Assembly: GCF_009914755.1 (NCBI RefSeq)
Contig: NC_060929.1
From: the human T2T-CHM13v2.0 reference genome, Homo sapiens
DNA: 64,000 nt
Direction: 5' to 3' (one strand)
The notes beneath the pieces were generated by a model that saw nothing but the letters and a program-made list of their open reading frames with translations, had not been told where the DNA came from and made no database searches. Positions 59,895 through 64,000 of this stretch are shown here, piece by piece; the stretch's first letter is position 1, and every line of letters starts with the position of its first letter. The translations under genes were made by a program, and so were the position numbers.

Positions 59895-62812
59895 GAAATC
59901 TGTTGGGTTATTATAGATACTGTGAAACAGTCTTCCCTATAAGAAACTCTTTTTCTTTCCAAATCAAGGTAAAACACGATGTCCCTATCTAAGGAGAAAC
60001 ATTGTTAAACTATGTCCACTAAATAACAGAACCTCAACAAAATATGTAGTGATAGAAGCACCATTATGTATAGCATTAGAGCCAAAATCTGCAACACCAC
60101 CACATGCAATTGGCCTTTTATTTGCCCCAACCATATCAGATATAATCTAAGAACAGTTTCGCATTGTGCAGTTTTAAAATATTGCTTCAGAACCATTTTC
60201 ATGCTGTGATAACAGAATTGTATGTGAAAACAATTTTAAAATATATATGAATATTCTAAGAATTTTAGCCATTATGAAACATTTCTTAGTCTTAACATAA
60301 TTCAAAAAGCATGCAAATATTTAGTGGAAAATTTGAATTTATATGATAGAGTTAGGATTTTTCTTGTGAAACATTTTGAAAAGCTATGCTTAATTGGCTC
60401 CTAATTAGTTAGCTATCATAAGGCTAATGATTTTAATTCCTCACTAATTATTTTAATATATAATCAGTATTTCAAAATTATAGTTATTTCTATGAATAGA
60501 GTTGACAATATTTATTACAATTATAGGATAATTAAGAGCATTACTAAAATACAAATAAGAAATCTTTTCTAGAATGTTTCACTCTTTTTAGCTGCATATT
60601 AAAGGTGCACAACCACTAAAAACAAATATAATAAGCTTTCCTACCACTTTTCTACATAATTACTAGCCCAAGATTTAGCACATTAGTTTAATTAATCCTG
60701 CTTCTTAACCAACAGGAAGGTCCCTGTATAACTGCTATCAGTAATTTAGGCTTTCACTTAGTTGGTAGGCTTCCTGAAAGGAAGTGTGATTATAGAATAG
60801 CCTTTTTGAAAATAAATGAATGGCTATGTCCAACAGTTGATGAATACTGATATAGTAGCTTTTAAAAATAGAACAGAATCCAATATTTTTAAGTATCAAA
60901 GGGCTTGTTGCTTCAAACAGTGAATGTCTACTCACAGAGGGGATAACAACATGTACTGCCAAAGAGATTACTCAGAAACTCAGCTTTAGAATAACAGATT
61001 ATGCTCTTAGTCTTGCCCAGCTTGTTTATCATAGACACATTTATTTATAAGTTTTAAATTAAAAGCTTGATTTAGTTAAACCTACCACCAAACTGGAAAA
61101 GAAATTTAAGTGTATTTCCTAGCAATAGTGGGCTTTTATACATAACCATTGTTGCTAGGAATAACGTTATATGCTTTGGAAATCTAGACTGTATAGTTCT
61201 AGATCCTGTTATTTAAGCTCATTGTTTTTCCAGTGAGGGAACAGAGGCCTAGAAAGATTAAGTACGTTACTTTTGGTTACACAGGGGAAAATAATGAAAA
61301 GTATTTGCCTTGTAATATAATAATTAACCACATTAGCACGTCTACTCTTGAAATATTATAAAAACCCTTGCAAATTTTCTAACAATGAGGAAATTGCCAC
61401 TGATACAAGAGAATAATGGGAACACTTTTTTCTCCTATATAGAAAAAAGATCCTATTTGTACATACATTCTCAAGAAAGATAGTCAACGTCATCAGATTG
61501 AACAAGTAAGACTTCATGGTAGGTAGCTTGTGGAGAAACTAATAGAATGCACATATTTCTGTTGAAGTCATCCCTGTGTATATTAATTTCTTCAGATTTT
61601 GACTTAGTATTTATTCACCTGAGAACTCTCAAATGTCCCAAAGGTTGTTAGCAAATCTATGATGGTTTCTTATTTCCTAGTACTAAAATATAACTTTGAT
61701 ATGACCTCCTAGGCAAGTATCTCTACATCTTTATATGTTTGGGGGGAGACAAAAATTATTTTAATGTTATTTGTCTCTGACTATGGATGAGTGAGAAAAC
61801 AGGCAAATCCTTTACCCCCAAATCAACTATGAATCTAAAATTGACCCAAAAATAAGCAAATAAGTACTTCCAAACATGGCCAAAGGCAAACAGCAATATG
61901 AGAACTGTTTATTCTTGAAAAACTGCTGAAGTTTGGGTAAGAACTGGGAGTCTGTGGATTTCTTGCTTGCCTAAGACTGCCTCTATCACTGCCTGCCCAC
62001 ATTCATGAGTTTGGTCAGTATGAAAGTTATGCCAGCATCTGGCTGGCCATGAGGACTGGCAACTGCTGTACCTGAGCTAAAGAGGGCTCACTCAATTTGC
62101 AGCAGAGGGTGATACTCACAACCAGCAGCATTGTCAGTAGAAGTAATGATCTTGGTGTCAGTGGGTAGGTGTGTTAGGCCAATGGATCTACTAACCTGGT
62201 TGTGCTCATGGTTGGGGTAAACATATTCCTAGCTGAAAGTGTGCATGCACTTTTGCAGTAGAGACTGAAGAGAGGGCCCAAGCTATTTTTACAGTTCTGG
62301 CCTAACCTAGAGATAATACATATCTTCATAGGAGAATAGAAAAAGAGAGGCTAGACTTTCAACATACTCCTGTTCCTGCCACCGCCCCTCCCCCAACAAA
62401 AGAAAAGAAACCTATTAGCTTGAGGTGTTTGTGCATTATTTCTATCAATTACTGGCTGACGTCAAAACTGTCTAGACACAGAGTAACCCATTTGGAGCTA
62501 GGCTTTAAAATTTAAAAATCAAGAATAAAATAAACTGTGCAGAAACATCAATTGTCACACATCACAAGAGAAACAGATTTCATACATTTACCACAGGTAA
62601 GTTAATAAACAAACAAAAAGCAACAGTAGCAAACTTCAGAAGGAAAATAGTCAAAACCCAAAGTTGTTACAATATATTATTTAAAATGTTTAGTTTTCAA
62701 CAAATTGGACATACAGAGAAACAGGAAAGTGTGGTCCATACTTGGGGGAAAAAAGTAGTCAATAGAAAATGTTTCAGATGTTGAATTTGGTAGACAGACT
62801 TCAAAGCACAGT

Positions 62813-62930
62813 TTATATCTATATCTGTATCTATATATATATACACACATACACACATATGTATGTTTATGTGTATATGTATATATACACATATGTATGT
62901 GTGTATATATACACACACACACATTTATAT
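62813..62930. repeat. (TA)/(CA)/(TG) compound microsatellite in L1
   Basis: Alternating purine-pyrimidine low-complexity tract. Confidence 0.9.
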
Positions 62931-63408
62931 ACTAAACTAAACAAAAACATGTTTAAAGCCCTAAAGGAGAGTACGATATAAATGTATCAACAAGTAAAGA
63001 TTCTCAATAAGGAGATAGAAATTATTTGAAATGAACAATATGAAAATTCTGAATTTGAAGAGTGTAATAACTGAAATGAGAAAGTTACTATAGCAGTTGA
63101 ACAACAGATTCAAATTGTCAGAATAAAAAAAAATCAGTGAACCTGAATATAGATCAATAGAGTGAATAATTTCCTAGGAATGAAGAGCAAAAAAGATGGA
63201 AGAGAAATGAACAGATCTTCAGAGACTTTTGGGACATCACATGTGCCAACATATGTGTAATGTATATTCTGGGACAAAAGAGAGAGAAAGGTAGAAAAAA
63301 AATACTTGAAAAAATGAAAGCCAAAGCTTTCCAAAATTTTATGAAAACCATTAGTCTAAACATCCAAGCAACTCAGTAAACTTTAAGTGAGATAAATACC
63401 AAAAGATA

Positions 63409-63799
<391 letters not shown>

Positions 63800-64000
63800 T
63801 CAATATAACAACAGACATTATCTGAAGCAATGAAGGACAGAAGGCAGCGGTATAGCATTTACAAAATTCTGAAAGAACAAAAAAAGAAATCATAACCAAT
63901 AGTTTTATATCCAGCAAAGTATCTTTCAAAATAAAGACGAAATAAAGACATTTATTAATTAACAGATTCATTGGTAACAGACCTGTTTTGTGACGCATAT

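Overview
AT-rich, CpG-depleted primate (human-like) genomic DNA lying inside the non-homologous end joining (NHEJ) gene XRCC4 on the + strand. It covers the distal ~46 kb of a long intron, three coding exons (about codons 106-249: end of the head domain, coiled-coil stalk with the Ligase IV-binding region, SUMO site and CK2/FHA-binding site) and the start of the next intron. The rest is interspersed repeats (17 Alus, L1, L2, CR1/L3, MIR, MaLR/ERVL LTRs, hAT and Tigger DNA elements, microsatellites) and an Alu-interrupted RPL13 processed pseudogene. The provided ORFs are almost all Alu, microsatellite or chance ORFs. No prokaryotic-type system is present. The best candidate for something undescribed is a sense THE1 solo LTR 3.9 kb upstream of the first exon. 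It has a DUX4-type motif, an ATG in good Kozak context and a strong splice donor, and these join in frame to XRCC4, predicting a head-less XRCC4 isoform (a hypothesis from sequence only). Repeat subfamily calls are by eye and their boundaries are approximate.
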